Source: a bacterium BMS3Abin02
GTDB taxonomy: Bacteria; Actinomycetota; Acidimicrobiia; Spongiisociales; UBA4744
Length of the DNA stretch: 64,000 bases
Reading direction: 5' to 3'
Assembly: GCA_002897675.1 (NCBI GenBank)
Contig: BDSU01000037.1
Coordinates: 2,399-66,398 of the forward strand
The first letter of the stretch is position 1. The number at the start of each line of letters is the position of its first letter. The notes beneath the pieces are model-generated. The model did not search any database and had not been told where the DNA came from. It saw only the letters and a list, made by a program, of their open reading frames with translations. This document shows positions 1 to 10,095 of this stretch, one piece after another. The position numbers and the translations under genes were made by a program.

Positions 1-2
1 TC

Positions 3-1097
3 TCCGGCCACGTGCACAACTTCCTGTACAACCGTCACCGCTGCGACTTCTACGCTCTTCCGTCGACGGGTTTCGTGAGACCGGACTACTCGGAGCTGGC
101 AGCGATCCCACCTGACGCAGAAGCGGGACGCGATGACCGCGCGAAACTGGGATTCTTCATCGTCGACGTCACCTCGGACGGACACGTCGTCCGGCCGGTC
201 CGCACCTACGGATGCACCGGCAACGAACCTCTTCCCGTACCGGCCGAAACGTCGGCAGCGTCCGACTGGACCTGCCCGGTCGGAGTCACGCTCCGTCACG
301 ACTGGATGCCCACGGTCGGTTTTCCGACCGATGGACTCGATCCGTTCGTACGAAAGATGGTCCGCAACGACTACCCCCTGCTCGCCCTTCAGGAGTCGAG
401 GATCTCCGATGTTCGTGTTCCGGCCGAGGACATCATGTCTGCAGATCGACGCCGACGCCTCAACGATCTCGGCCGGCTGGGGTTGCGTTTCACCGTCTTC
501 TCGGCGGGACTACCCGATGCCGCGATCGCGAGCGCCATCGACGAGAGCGCACCTGCCGTCGTCCGCTGGGAGATCATCATCCAACCGGACCAGATCGAAT
601 CCGTGCTCTCGAACCTCGGCCGATCACCGGTTCCCAGGGCCCTCGCCCCCATCGTCCCGATCGGATCAGATGGGATCCAGCACTTCGTCACGCACGGATT
701 CGACCCGCACGCCGACGATGTCCTTTCCTGCTTCGTGAGCGCAGGAGCCGCAGAAGTGTTCGAGGAATTCGTCTACCGGGTCGCACCCGACCACCCCGTC
801 GAGGATGCCGTCTCCCTGGCAACCCGGTCCGCTCGGGCGATCGGCGTCGGAGCGTCGATGAGCATCGAACTTCCCCGTGGCAGCGAGATCGGTGTGTTCG
901 ACGACGACGAGCAGGTCGCACGTCGGGTCACCGAAGTGTTGGCTGCGAAGCTGCGGCATCCCGACGTTCCGATGTTCCTCGACGGTTTCATGGATCACGA
1001 TCGCGGCTACTACCGCCGTCACGGTCTCATCGACCGCCGATGCAACCCCCGACCTGCGCTGCATGCGCTGATCAACCGCGCGAGATCTCCCCACTGA
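3..1097 (+). CDS. metallophosphoesterase-family protein, C-terminal part (5' end lies outside the window)
   Basis: The frame is open to the left edge. The first residues, SGHVHNF, match the GHxH metallophosphoesterase motif. The ORF has coding-like composition. I recognise no motif in the remaining ~330 aa. Confidence 0.6.
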   Translation, partial: SGHVHNFLYNRHRCDFYALPSTGFVRPDYSELAAIPPDAEAGRDDRAKLGFFIVDVTSDGHVVRPVRTYGCTGNEPLPVPAETSAASDWTCPVGVTLRHDWMPTVGFPTDGLDPFVRKMVRNDYPLLALQESRISDVRVPAEDIMSADRRRRLNDLGRLGLRFTVFSAGLPDAAIASAIDESAPAVVRWEIIIQPDQIESVLSNLGRSPVPRALAPIVPIGSDGIQHFVTHGFDPHADDVLSCFVSAGAAEVFEEFVYRVAPDHPVEDAVSLATRSARAIGVGASMSIELPRGSEIGVFDDDEQVARRVTEVLAAKLRHPDVPMFLDGFMDHDRGYYRRHGLIDRRCNPRPALHALINRARSPH

Positions 1098-2133
1098 CAA
1101 TCGCCTGTTGCGCAACATCACCAAGCATGCGCGCCCCTGCTCCGAACACGGCGAACCGTTCGTCGCTCGTAAACCCGTGGTGGTACCGGTAGTAGATCTG
1201 CTGGGCGATCACGGCCAGTCTGAACAACCCGAACACGTAGTAGAACATCAGGTCATCGATGTCGGCGCCCGTGAGCGCTGCGTAGCGTTCTGCGATCTCG
1301 ACACGATTGCTGCTCCCCGGTGCCGTCGTCGGCCCTCCCGCTATGTTCGTCAATCCGGGAGGATCGCCCCGCTCGGCCCAATAGGCGAGACTGGAACCCA
1401 GATCCATGAGTGGATCGCCCAGCGTCGCCATCTCCCAATCGAGAACCGCCCGCACATGGCCCAGATCGGCAGGGTCGAGAACGAGGTTGTCGAGTTTGAA
1501 ATCGTTGTGAATCAGTGCGGCGCCCGTCTCGGGCGGCCGGTTCCTCGCGAGCCATGCGATCGTCCGGTCGATCGAGGATACCGGTTCGATCACTGCGTCG
1601 TGCCAGCGGCGAGACCAGCCGTCGACCTGACGTTCGACGTAGCCGTCCGGACGGCCCAGAGTCTCGAGTCCGGCCCCGATGACGTCGATTCGATGGATCT
1701 GCGCGAACGTCTCCACGAAGGCGTCACAGATACGGCGCATCGTCGAAGCGTCGGGAGGTGAACTCTCGCCACGAAGAATGACCCCGTCCACCCGCTCCAT
1801 CAGGTAGAAGGGCGCTCCGAGAATCGAGGGATCCTCGCAGAAAGCGATCGCCTTCGGCACTTTGGGCCAGACAGGCTGCAGATGACTGAGGATTCGGTAT
1901 TCGCGGCTCATGTCATGACCCGACTTGACACGTGCTCCGAATGGGGGACGACGCAGGACCACCTCATGATCTCCGATGTCGAGCAGATATGTCAGGTTCG
2001 AGTGGCCTGACGGGAACTGGGAGACCTCGATCGGTCCGCTCAGCTCGGGAACGCGGGAAGACAGCCAGTTCTGCAAAGAATCGACGTCGAACTCTTCTCC
2101 GGTCCGGACGGGACGCGCCTGCTCCGGTTTCAT
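1072..2133 (-). CDS. phosphotransferase (APH-fold kinase) of the ACAD10/ACAD11 N-terminal-domain type
   Basis: The N-terminus (FDVDSLQNWL...QFPSGHSNLTYLL...VVLRRPPFG) and the catalytic region (LIHNDFKLDNLV...VLDWE) are typical of the APH family. Its start overlaps the stop of the upstream ACAD gene by 4 nt. Confidence 0.85.
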   Translation of the reverse strand: MKPEQARPVRTGEEFDVDSLQNWLSSRVPELSGPIEVSQFPSGHSNLTYLLDIGDHEVVLRRPPFGARVKSGHDMSREYRILSHLQPVWPKVPKAIAFCEDPSILGAPFYLMERVDGVILRGESSPPDASTMRRICDAFVETFAQIHRIDVIGAGLETLGRPDGYVERQVDGWSRRWHDAVIEPVSSIDRTIAWLARNRPPETGAALIHNDFKLDNLVLDPADLGHVRAVLDWEMATLGDPLMDLGSSLAYWAERGDPPGLTNIAGGPTTAPGSSNRVEIAERYAALTGADIDDLMFYYVFGLFRLAVIAQQIYYRYHHGFTSDERFAVFGAGARMLGDVAQQAIVSGEISRG

Positions 2134-3329
2134 CGACCCTGATATCCGTACTTCGCCAGCTCCGTGCGGGCGACGAGGTTACGGTGCACCTCGTCGACGC
2201 CGTCGTAGATGCGAGCGGCCCGCTCATGCCGATACCAGAAGGCGATCGGGGTGTAGTCGGTCATGCCCATCCCACCGAGTGTCTGCAGAGCCCTGTCGAG
2301 AACCCTGCCGAGCGTGTTGGCAACGTAGAACTTGATCGCCGAGACCTCGGTGCGAGCTCCACGGATCCCCTCCCGTTCGATCTTCGATGCCGCGTCGAGC
2401 ACCATGAGTCGGGACGCGTTCGCCTCGGCCCTGCTGTCCGCGATCCAGTGCTGGACGACCTGACGTGATGCGAGCGGCCTCCCCGGGGCGAGTTCCCGAT
2501 CGACCGCGTGACGGCACATGATTTCGATGGATCGCTCACAGATGCCGATCCAGCGCATGCAATGGTGAATGCGTCCGGGACCCAGACGCTCCTGTGCCAG
2601 GACGAACCCCGCACCTTCGTCTCCGATCCGGTTCCCCACGGGCACTCTGCAATCGGTGAACGCGACCTCCGCATGACTCGCCCATCCTGAACCGGTCTCC
2701 CCCATCACGGACGTATTCCGCACCAACTCGAACCCGGGAGTGTCGGTGGGAACGATGATCATGCTCGCCCTCCGATGGAGTTCCGATGCCTGCGGGTTCG
2801 TCACCGCCATCACGATGGTGAACGCGGCTCCTTCGGCGGCAGTGGTGAACCACTTGTCACCGTTGATCACATACCGGTCCCCATCTCTCGTCGCAGTCGT
2901 CGCCATCCATGTGGGATTCGATCCTGCACGGCCCGGTTCCGTCATCGAGAAGCACGACCGGATCTCTCCGTCGATCAACGGGTACAGCCATTGCCGCTTC
3001 TGTGCAGTGCTTCCGTGACCCAGCAGAAGCTCCATGTTTCCGACATCGGGAGCCTGGGCGTTGAATACGAAGTGTCCAAGCGGAGTCCGGCCGAGTTGCT
3101 CGCTCATCTGCGCGAACTCGACGAGCGAAAGCCCTGGACCGCCCACCTGCTCCGGCAGATGAGGAACCCAGAGACCCATCTCCTTGACCCGTCGACGGAG
3201 CTCCTGAAGCCGCGGAAAGACCCCGCCAAAACCTTCCGCGAGGAACTCCGCTTCGACCGGAACGACTTCCCGGTCGATGAAGTTGCGCACGACGTCGAGT
3301 ACCGCACCGAGTTCGGTCGAGGTCGTCAT
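2130..3329 (-). CDS. acyl-CoA dehydrogenase family protein
   Basis: ACAD-like sequence over the full length (CFSMTEPGRAGSNP, GDKWFTT, C-terminal IYDGVDEVHR). I chose the start at MTTSTEL. The track ORF extends 12 codons further upstream. Confidence 0.85.
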   Translation of the reverse strand: MTTSTELGAVLDVVRNFIDREVVPVEAEFLAEGFGGVFPRLQELRRRVKEMGLWVPHLPEQVGGPGLSLVEFAQMSEQLGRTPLGHFVFNAQAPDVGNMELLLGHGSTAQKRQWLYPLIDGEIRSCFSMTEPGRAGSNPTWMATTATRDGDRYVINGDKWFTTAAEGAAFTIVMAVTNPQASELHRRASMIIVPTDTPGFELVRNTSVMGETGSGWASHAEVAFTDCRVPVGNRIGDEGAGFVLAQERLGPGRIHHCMRWIGICERSIEIMCRHAVDRELAPGRPLASRQVVQHWIADSRAEANASRLMVLDAASKIEREGIRGARTEVSAIKFYVANTLGRVLDRALQTLGGMGMTDYTPIAFWYRHERAARIYDGVDEVHRNLVARTELAKYGYQGR

Positions 3330-3439
3330 GATTGCCAGTCTCACACAGGCGGCGCAGGGTCGCAATCGCCGCCCACTGCCGGTTCGGGGAACCCGGCACG
3401 TACCTCGCGTCGTCCAAGCCGCGAACGAACGGAGGAACC

Positions 3440-5407
3440 ATGCGCCGACTCACCATCCTGCTCACTGCAGTTGCAGTCTTGACGTCCGCCTGTGCCGAAG
3501 TCGGCACCGTGGGCAGCACGACGACGGCTCCAACCACACCCGGTGTGTTCGGCGCGGCACTGCACAGCTTCGATCAGTGTGAGGATCTGCTCGACTACTA
3601 CATCGAGCAGGCGATGCCGCTCGTGGGACCGTACGGTCTGCCGGGCTACGGGCCATATGGGCCCGCCTTCCTCGAAGAAGATGCAGCCGGCGGCGCGCCG
3701 CGCCGGTTCGCAATGCCTTCGACGACCCAGGCGTCCGCCGCAAAGGACTACTCCGGAACGAATGTGCAGGTCGCAGGTGTCGACGAGGCCGACATCGTCA
3801 AGACCGACGGCAACCGCATCTTCGCTCTCGTGAACGGGTTCCTGCAGATCGCGATTCCACGGAGCGATGGTGTCGATATCGCGGGAAGTCTCGAACTTCG
3901 TGACTGGTGGCCAGGCCAGATGCTGCTCTTCGACGACACCGTGCTGCTGATCGGTCAAGACTGGCAAAGTGGTCGGCAACCCCTGGCAGGTGAGATGGGC
4001 ATCGCGGTGCCACAATCGATGGTGACCCGTCTCGCCCAAGTGGACGTGTCCGATCCGTACCGCCCCGAACTCATCCAGACGCTCTGGCTGGATGGTGGGT
4101 ACGTATCGTCTCGTCTCGTGGGCTCTCGGGCGACCGTTGCGATCACCTCCTCCCCGGTCGGGTTCGACTGGGCGTATCCGGAAGGATCCGGGCTTCGATC
4201 CGAACGGGTCGCGACTTCCAAGAACCGCCAGATCATTCGGGACTCGAAGCTCGACAACTGGCTGCCCTACTACGTCCTCGAGAGTGCCGGCCGCACCACC
4301 GAAGGCAGACTGCTCGACTGCTCATCGGTGATGGCACCCAACGAGTTCTCCGGGCTGAACACGCTCTCCATACTGACGTTCGATCTCGAGGACGGGATCG
4401 GCTCGTGGGACGACGCGGGTGTCGTTGCATCGGGAAGCACGCTGTACGCGACAGCCGAGCGCGTCTACGTGGCCACCCAGCCATGGATGAACTGGGGGCT
4501 GCTCGCGGAAGACGAGATCCGCAACAAAGCGGAGGGGTACCGCAGCCGGATCCACATGTTCGACACATCGGGCAGTCCACGCTACGTCGCCAGCGGTGAA
4601 GTCACCGGATTCCTCCTGAACCAGTTCTCGATGGACGAATACGACGGATCACTGCGGGTGGCGAGTACGACCGCCCCGCAAGACAGATGGTGGTCCGGCG
4701 AGTCCGAGAGCCTCGTGACGATCCTGCAACTGGAGGGCAATCGGCTCGCCGAAGTGGGCAGAATCGACGGTCTCGGACGCGGCGAGCGCATCTTCGGAGT
4801 GCGTTTCATCGACGACATCGGGTACGTGGTGACGTTCCGTCAGACCGACCCCCTCTACACGATCGACCTGTCGAATCCGAGCCGACCGAAGGTCGCCGGC
4901 GAGCTCGAACTCCTTGGGTACTCCGCGTACCTGCACCCCGCCGGTGATGGTCTGCTGCTCGGACTCGGCCAGGACGCCGACAAGACGGGCAGGACGAAGG
5001 GCACGAAACTCTCGTTGTTCGACGTCTCGGACCCTGCGCATCCCATGAAGATCGATCAGGTGACGATGGACGGTGGTTACTCGCAGGCCGAAAACGACCA
5101 CCACGCGTTCACCTTCTGGAACGGACTCGTGCTCGCGCCGTACGAAGGTTGGGGACGTGACGGCTCCTCGTACGACAGTGGCGTTCTCGCCGTGCGCGTG
5201 AACGGGAGGCGACTCACCTTCGAGAAGGTGTTGCGTGCCTTCGAGGACGGGCCCATCTCCGGAAAGGACATGGAGCGGCTCGAACCGTGGCGCTGGACGC
5301 CCATTCGGACGATCGTGATCGGACCGAACATCTACACGATCACTCAGGGTGGGATCGCCGTGCACGACTTCGATACACTCGATCGAATCACGTTCGAGCG
5401 GTTCTGA
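3440..5407 (+). CDS. secreted lipoprotein with beta-propeller domain (Beta_propel-like family)
   Basis: GGAGGA Shine-Dalgarno at 3431-3436 precedes the ATG at 3440. Signal peptide plus lipobox LTSAC. The motif LLNQFSMDEYDGSLRVASTT is typical of that family. Confidence 0.8.
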   Translation: MRRLTILLTAVAVLTSACAEVGTVGSTTTAPTTPGVFGAALHSFDQCEDLLDYYIEQAMPLVGPYGLPGYGPYGPAFLEEDAAGGAPRRFAMPSTTQASAAKDYSGTNVQVAGVDEADIVKTDGNRIFALVNGFLQIAIPRSDGVDIAGSLELRDWWPGQMLLFDDTVLLIGQDWQSGRQPLAGEMGIAVPQSMVTRLAQVDVSDPYRPELIQTLWLDGGYVSSRLVGSRATVAITSSPVGFDWAYPEGSGLRSERVATSKNRQIIRDSKLDNWLPYYVLESAGRTTEGRLLDCSSVMAPNEFSGLNTLSILTFDLEDGIGSWDDAGVVASGSTLYATAERVYVATQPWMNWGLLAEDEIRNKAEGYRSRIHMFDTSGSPRYVASGEVTGFLLNQFSMDEYDGSLRVASTTAPQDRWWSGESESLVTILQLEGNRLAEVGRIDGLGRGERIFGVRFIDDIGYVVTFRQTDPLYTIDLSNPSRPKVAGELELLGYSAYLHPAGDGLLLGLGQDADKTGRTKGTKLSLFDVSDPAHPMKIDQVTMDGGYSQAENDHHAFTFWNGLVLAPYEGWGRDGSSYDSGVLAVRVNGRRLTFEKVLRAFEDGPISGKDMERLEPWRWTPIRTIVIGPNIYTITQGGIAVHDFDTLDRITFERF

Positions 5408-6577
5408 TCAGGCCGGTCGGTGCTCCGACGGCCGAACCAGGAACCAGAGGGTGACGAGCGCAAGCAGCTCGGCTGCCAGGACAAAGGCCATGACGGCGAA
5501 CGTGGAGAACTCGTAGAGGCGGCCCATGAGCACAGCCCCGACGAGCAGCGCGATACCGTACACGGCGGTGAATGCACCGTATGCGGTGGAACGGCGTTCC
5601 GGACGGGAGAGATCCGCCACCGCTGCGCGCATGCTCGACTCGGCCACACCCATCGCTCCACCCCACAGCAGACCTCCAACCCAGATGAGCGACAGGTCGA
5701 CCCCGAAGACCATGGCGGCGGCTCCGAATCCGATCGGCGCCCCGACGAGCGTGACAAACCCCCAGCGGTCGTACGATTTGCCGGCGATGAGCGCTGCACC
5801 CGCATCCACGGCCATCGCGGCGGCGAACAGCAGCGGCACCTGCACATCGGACAGGATTCCGCTGGTCGTCAGGTGAAAGGCGATGAGTGGGAACGGCGCG
5901 AGTCCCAGGCCGGTGAACGCCGCGAACGCGAGGTATCGACGCAGCGGTCTGTCGATATGATCGGGCGCCAGAGTGGCCTCTGCCGCCGGTGGCTCTCCCA
6001 CGCGCCGTCGCACCCACATCAGCACGACGCCCACGAGAACCGCCGGAACCGCGAGGATCGAAAACGCGAATCGGTAGTCGCCGCTCTTGACACTCAGCGC
6101 GGCGGCGAGGAGCAGAGGACCCAGAACGGCGCCGGTCTGATCGAGTGCTTCGTGCAGACCGAACCCCCAGCCGTGGCCGAGCGGTTCGGTGGCCACCGAC
6201 AGCAGCGTGTCGCGTGCAGGTGTCCGCAGTGCCTTCCCCAGACGTTCTGCGACGACCAACGCCAGCGCGAGATCCACACGCCCTACCCAACCCAGAAGCG
6301 GCACCGCGACCACGGTGAGGCCGTACCCTCCGATCGTCAGGGCCCACCGCCGGCCCGTGCGATCCGCGATGACGCCGGCGACCGCACGCAAGCCGTATCC
6401 CACGAATTCCCCGATGCCGGATATCAGCGCGACGGTGGCGGCGGTGGCTCCCAGCGTCGCCAGAAAAGGTCCGAGGACACTTCGCGCACCCTCGTAGACG
6501 ACGTCGGCAAGGAGACTGACCACTCCGAATGCGAGAACGATTCGGAGCGCACGCGAACGTACATGAGCATCGTCCAT
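5408..6577 (-). CDS. MFS transporter
   Basis: Twelve-TM-like hydrophobic pattern and the MFS loop motif ADRTGRRW. Only the C-terminal 389 aa of the 756-aa track ORF look genuine. The start is MDDAHV at 6577. Confidence 0.8.
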   Translation of the reverse strand: MDDAHVRSRALRIVLAFGVVSLLADVVYEGARSVLGPFLATLGATAATVALISGIGEFVGYGLRAVAGVIADRTGRRWALTIGGYGLTVVAVPLLGWVGRVDLALALVVAERLGKALRTPARDTLLSVATEPLGHGWGFGLHEALDQTGAVLGPLLLAAALSVKSGDYRFAFSILAVPAVLVGVVLMWVRRRVGEPPAAEATLAPDHIDRPLRRYLAFAAFTGLGLAPFPLIAFHLTTSGILSDVQVPLLFAAAMAVDAGAALIAGKSYDRWGFVTLVGAPIGFGAAAMVFGVDLSLIWVGGLLWGGAMGVAESSMRAAVADLSRPERRSTAYGAFTAVYGIALLVGAVLMGRLYEFSTFAVMAFVLAAELLALVTLWFLVRPSEHRPA

Positions 6578-6609
6578 TCCAGGCGACCTTACTCCGGGTG
6601 CCGCCCCCT

Positions 6610-7947
6610 CTACGGCAACGTGAACCAGAAGATGCTTCCGCCACCCGGCGCGGCATCCATTCCGATCTCCCCGCCGTGCGCTTCGACGATGCGCCGGCTG
6701 ATGGCCATCCCGAGTCCGGTGCTTGCCTCTCCGCCGGTGGGCCGGTTGGACAGCTTTCCGAAGTAGCTGAACAGTCGTTCCCGGTCGGCGTCGGTGATGC
6801 CCGGACCTTCGTCCTGGACCTCGACCCTGCACCCGGAAGCCGACTTGTGCACGGAGACACGAACGGTGGTGCCGGCGGGCGAGTACTTGACCGCGTTCGA
6901 GATCAGGTTGTCCACCACTTGGCGAAGGCGGGCCGGATCGGCCTGCACGAGCCCGCCCGCGGTCGGAGTGAACTCGATCGTCGTGCCCTTGTTCCTTGCC
7001 AGCTTCCGATGCCGTTCCACCTGCAGGTCGAGGAACTCGCAGAGGTCCACCTCCTGGCGATGCAGCTCGAGCGCCCCGGACTCGATCTGGGAAACGTCGA
7101 GCAGATCGTTGATGAGCTCGAGCATGTACCGGGCCTGTTGGGCGATGTCTTCGACAAAGACATGCTGTTCCTCTTCCAGGGAACAGGCTGCCAGGTATTC
7201 GGCTGCCATGAGCACGATGGAGGCGGGGTTGCGAAGGTCGTGGGCGGCCACGCCAAGGAAGCGATCCTTGGTCTCGTTCAGCCGGGCCAGTTCCCCGTTC
7301 TGCTTCTCGATCGCGGCTCCGCGTGACGCGATCTCCGACATCATGCGCCCGCGCTCGACGATGGTCGAGAGTTGCGACGCGATGCGCAGGAACGTCTCGA
7401 CATGGTCGGGGGTGTACGCGTTGCGGGCCACACTCGAGAAGAAGATGAACCCGACCGCCGACCCGTCGTTCGTCAAAGGACAGGTGAGCGACGACCTGAT
7501 ACCTTCCTCGAAGATGAGGCTGGTGGATTCGGAATTCGGCTTGCGCCGGAGGTATGCGCCCAGGTCGTTGATGATTCGGGGTTTCCCGGTCTCGATGATC
7601 TGTTGGAGACTGCTTCCTTCCAGAGCCGCCGAGTAGCCCGCGAGGAGCTTGACCGCCGGTAGGTCGGACTTCACCCATCTTGCGAGAACGCGGTCATCCT
7701 CGATCAGAGAGAAGCTGATCCTGTTGTACGGGATGACTCCTCGAAAGCTCTCGTAGACCTTGTCGAGGATGTCCTCGAGAAGAAGACCATCGTTGATCAG
7801 TGTCGTGATCTGATCGAGTGTCTCCATCTCACGGATCCGAAGTTCCAGCCGGTCGGCCACAGACTGGAGGGTTGCTGCGATTCTCCCCACTTCGTCGGGG
7901 AAGGTGGAGGCGGCAGCGATCGGATCGGCGAGTTGCATGGGCTTCAC
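6610..7947 (-). CDS. cytoplasmic GAF-domain sensor histidine kinase
   Basis: H-box FLGVAAHDLRNP, N-box/G-box ISNAVKY...DEGPGI...GLGMAISRRIV, and a GAF-like N-terminal half with no TM segment. GTG start preceded by GAGGAA. Confidence 0.85.
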   Translation of the reverse strand: MKPMQLADPIAAASTFPDEVGRIAATLQSVADRLELRIREMETLDQITTLINDGLLLEDILDKVYESFRGVIPYNRISFSLIEDDRVLARWVKSDLPAVKLLAGYSAALEGSSLQQIIETGKPRIINDLGAYLRRKPNSESTSLIFEEGIRSSLTCPLTNDGSAVGFIFFSSVARNAYTPDHVETFLRIASQLSTIVERGRMMSEIASRGAAIEKQNGELARLNETKDRFLGVAAHDLRNPASIVLMAAEYLAACSLEEEQHVFVEDIAQQARYMLELINDLLDVSQIESGALELHRQEVDLCEFLDLQVERHRKLARNKGTTIEFTPTAGGLVQADPARLRQVVDNLISNAVKYSPAGTTVRVSVHKSASGCRVEVQDEGPGITDADRERLFSYFGKLSNRPTGGEASTGLGMAISRRIVEAHGGEIGMDAAPGGGSIFWFTLP

Positions 7948-8002
7948 GTCATTTCCTCACGGGCGGCTACCGCATCTCCATCGGCAGAAGGAGCGTCTCT
8001 CC

Positions 8003-8761
8003 TTAGCGCCTCGCCACCCAACGCTCCAACACGGGAACGTGTTCGAGCAGATCGAGATCGAGCCCCATCTCCGGATGGGGAACGTCGAGGATCCGAAGGT
8101 CGAGTCCCAGAGCCTTCGAGATTCTCCGTTCCGCCTGCGTGAGGCTGAGACGCCGCAGCAGATACCGGAGCAGGAGGCCCCATCCCATCAGTCGTGCGGT
8201 TCGTAACGCGTTCTTGCGCGCTCCGGCGAGCGGTTCCAGTCGAGACTTCAGGTCAGACGCCATCGCGGGCCGGAAGACGATGAAGTCGGCCGCGGTGAAT
8301 TCACCGTCGGTGAGTCGCCAGTACTCGTTCGGATAGTCGGGATAACCGGCCTCGATGACATCGCGGCGGATCACCCCGGCAACGGCGTCGTGTGCACGCG
8401 CTTCCGACGTGAACCAGTCGACCATGGTCCCGGTGAGCAGCGGAATGTCGGATGTACAGGCCGCGGCGATCCGCACATCCGGGTCACGGGCAAGCAACAC
8501 GTCGACTCCCGCCATGAAGTTGTCGACGAGGCCGCCACGATTCGGAACCGTCTCGAGGATCTTCGGAGACACGAACAGCCCGGGCTCGGTCCCCACGATC
8601 ACGATGCGATCGATCGAGTCGGCGTCGGTCAACGCGTCGACGACCCGCTGACCGACAGTCGTGCCCGCGACCTCGAACTGGGCTTTCGGGAGTCCCCGGG
8701 TCAACGGATAGAGGCTGTCGCCCGGCATCGGCACGCCGCCCGTGAGCACGACACAGTCCAT
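8003..8761 (-). CDS. nucleotidyltransferase family protein (MobA/NTP_transf_3-like)
   Basis: N-terminal VVLTGG...G and an acidic DIPLL motif. ATGA start/stop overlap with the upstream transporter gene. Confidence 0.7.
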   Translation of the reverse strand: MDCVVLTGGVPMPGDSLYPLTRGLPKAQFEVAGTTVGQRVVDALTDADSIDRIVIVGTEPGLFVSPKILETVPNRGGLVDNFMAGVDVLLARDPDVRIAAACTSDIPLLTGTMVDWFTSEARAHDAVAGVIRRDVIEAGYPDYPNEYWRLTDGEFTAADFIVFRPAMASDLKSRLEPLAGARKNALRTARLMGWGLLLRYLLRRLSLTQAERRISKALGLDLRILDVPHPEMGLDLDLLEHVPVLERWVARR

Positions 8762-10095
8762 CAGGGTGTCGCCGCCTTCACCCTGGCCAAACGGTCCCCG
8801 TACAGCGAGTAGCGTCGCGCGGCGTAGATTGCGACGAGGACTCCGAGGAGTGGCGCGCCGGAGATGAGGATCCGGAGTCCCACCGCGACATTGTGCGGCT
8901 GCACGCTGCGCGCGGGGTCGTAACCGGTGATCGCCAGCATCCCGCCGATCAGCGTGCCTTGGAAGGCGAACGCCGCCCGAATGACGAACCCGTGCATTCC
9001 GAAGAACATCCCCTCACGACGTACTCCGTGACGAGCGGCATCTTCATCGATCACGTCGGCCAGCATGACTTCGCGCAACATGAGCAGCCCGGCGAGACCG
9101 ACCCCCAACCCCGCCGCAGCGATGAGTGCCTGGTCATAGGAGCGGACCACTCCGAGCGGGATCAGCAGAAGGCCGAAGAGGCCGAGCGCGACGATGATGG
9201 CCGAGCGACTCTCCCACCGTTTGGCCGCCCAGGTCCACAGGGCGAACGAAGGAATGGCGACAACGAATGCAACACCGCTGATCAGACCCTGCCGAAGACC
9301 GTCATTCTCCCCCAGCACGTATTTCGCGAACAGCGGCACAACGGCGGGGAGGACGACGAGCATGAACTCTATGGAGGTCGACATGACGAGAAACCATCGG
9401 AACGAACCGCTGCGAAGAGTCATCCGAACGGCCGTCTTGAACGGGACCTCCGATGCGACCGAGGTACGAACAGGCTCGAAACTCCCGCCAAGAGAAACGA
9501 AGAACGCGAGGCTCGCCAAGGCTCCGAAGAGCACCCCCATCGCTGCCCAGCCGACGGCATCCGCAACGCTCTTGGCGAACGTCACACCGACGATCACACC
9601 GAGAATCGCGAACCCTTGCCGCCACCCTGCCACGGCGGCACGCGGCCCCTGCTCCGGGTACATCGCCGGAAACAACGCCACATAGTTGATCGTGATCGCA
9701 GAAAACATCGCATCGAAAACGCAGATGGCGATCAGGAAATACCACCAGAGTCCCCCTCCGAATCCGAGTCCCAGTCCGGCCGGGGGCATCCAGATCAGGG
9801 CGAAGCTGATCCCCAGCGGTATCGCGAGCCCCACGATCCATGGGATGCGCCGGCCCCAGCGGGTGCTCGTGCGATCGGAGAGTTGGCCGGCGATCGGGTC
9901 GTTGACCATGTTCCACAGCGTGTACAGGACCCAGGCCCACGTCATCGCAAGAGGGGCGAGGCGAAGAACATCCAGGTAGAAGAATTGCACCCAGCCGATG
10001 AACGCCTCATAGGACAGCGAAACACCAAAGGTTCCGAAAGCCCACAGCACTTTGTGCCGCGTCGAGAGTCGCTGCCGGTGAACCCATGTGCTCAT
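8761..10095 (-). CDS. GPH-family (MelB-like) sugar/cation symporter, MFS superfamily
   Basis: The N-terminal region FGTFGVSLSYEAFIGWVQFFYLDVL...DPIAGQLSDRTSTRWGRRIPW is typical of the GPH family. Polytopic. Confidence 0.85.
   Translation of the reverse strand: MSTWVHRQRLSTRHKVLWAFGTFGVSLSYEAFIGWVQFFYLDVLRLAPLAMTWAWVLYTLWNMVNDPIAGQLSDRTSTRWGRRIPWIVGLAIPLGISFALIWMPPAGLGLGFGGGLWWYFLIAICVFDAMFSAITINYVALFPAMYPEQGPRAAVAGWRQGFAILGVIVGVTFAKSVADAVGWAAMGVLFGALASLAFFVSLGGSFEPVRTSVASEVPFKTAVRMTLRSGSFRWFLVMSTSIEFMLVVLPAVVPLFAKYVLGENDGLRQGLISGVAFVVAIPSFALWTWAAKRWESRSAIIVALGLFGLLLIPLGVVRSYDQALIAAAGLGVGLAGLLMLREVMLADVIDEDAARHGVRREGMFFGMHGFVIRAAFAFQGTLIGGMLAITGYDPARSVQPHNVAVGLRILISGAPLLGVLVAIYAARRYSLYGDRLARVKAATP

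Noticed and set aside
6578-7678. The N-terminal ~367 aa of the 756-aa track ORF 5408-7678(-).
   Set aside because: This part overlaps the histidine kinase gene in another frame and is Arg/Gly/Pro-rich. Only the region from MDDAHV (6577) onward shows the MFS transporter pattern.
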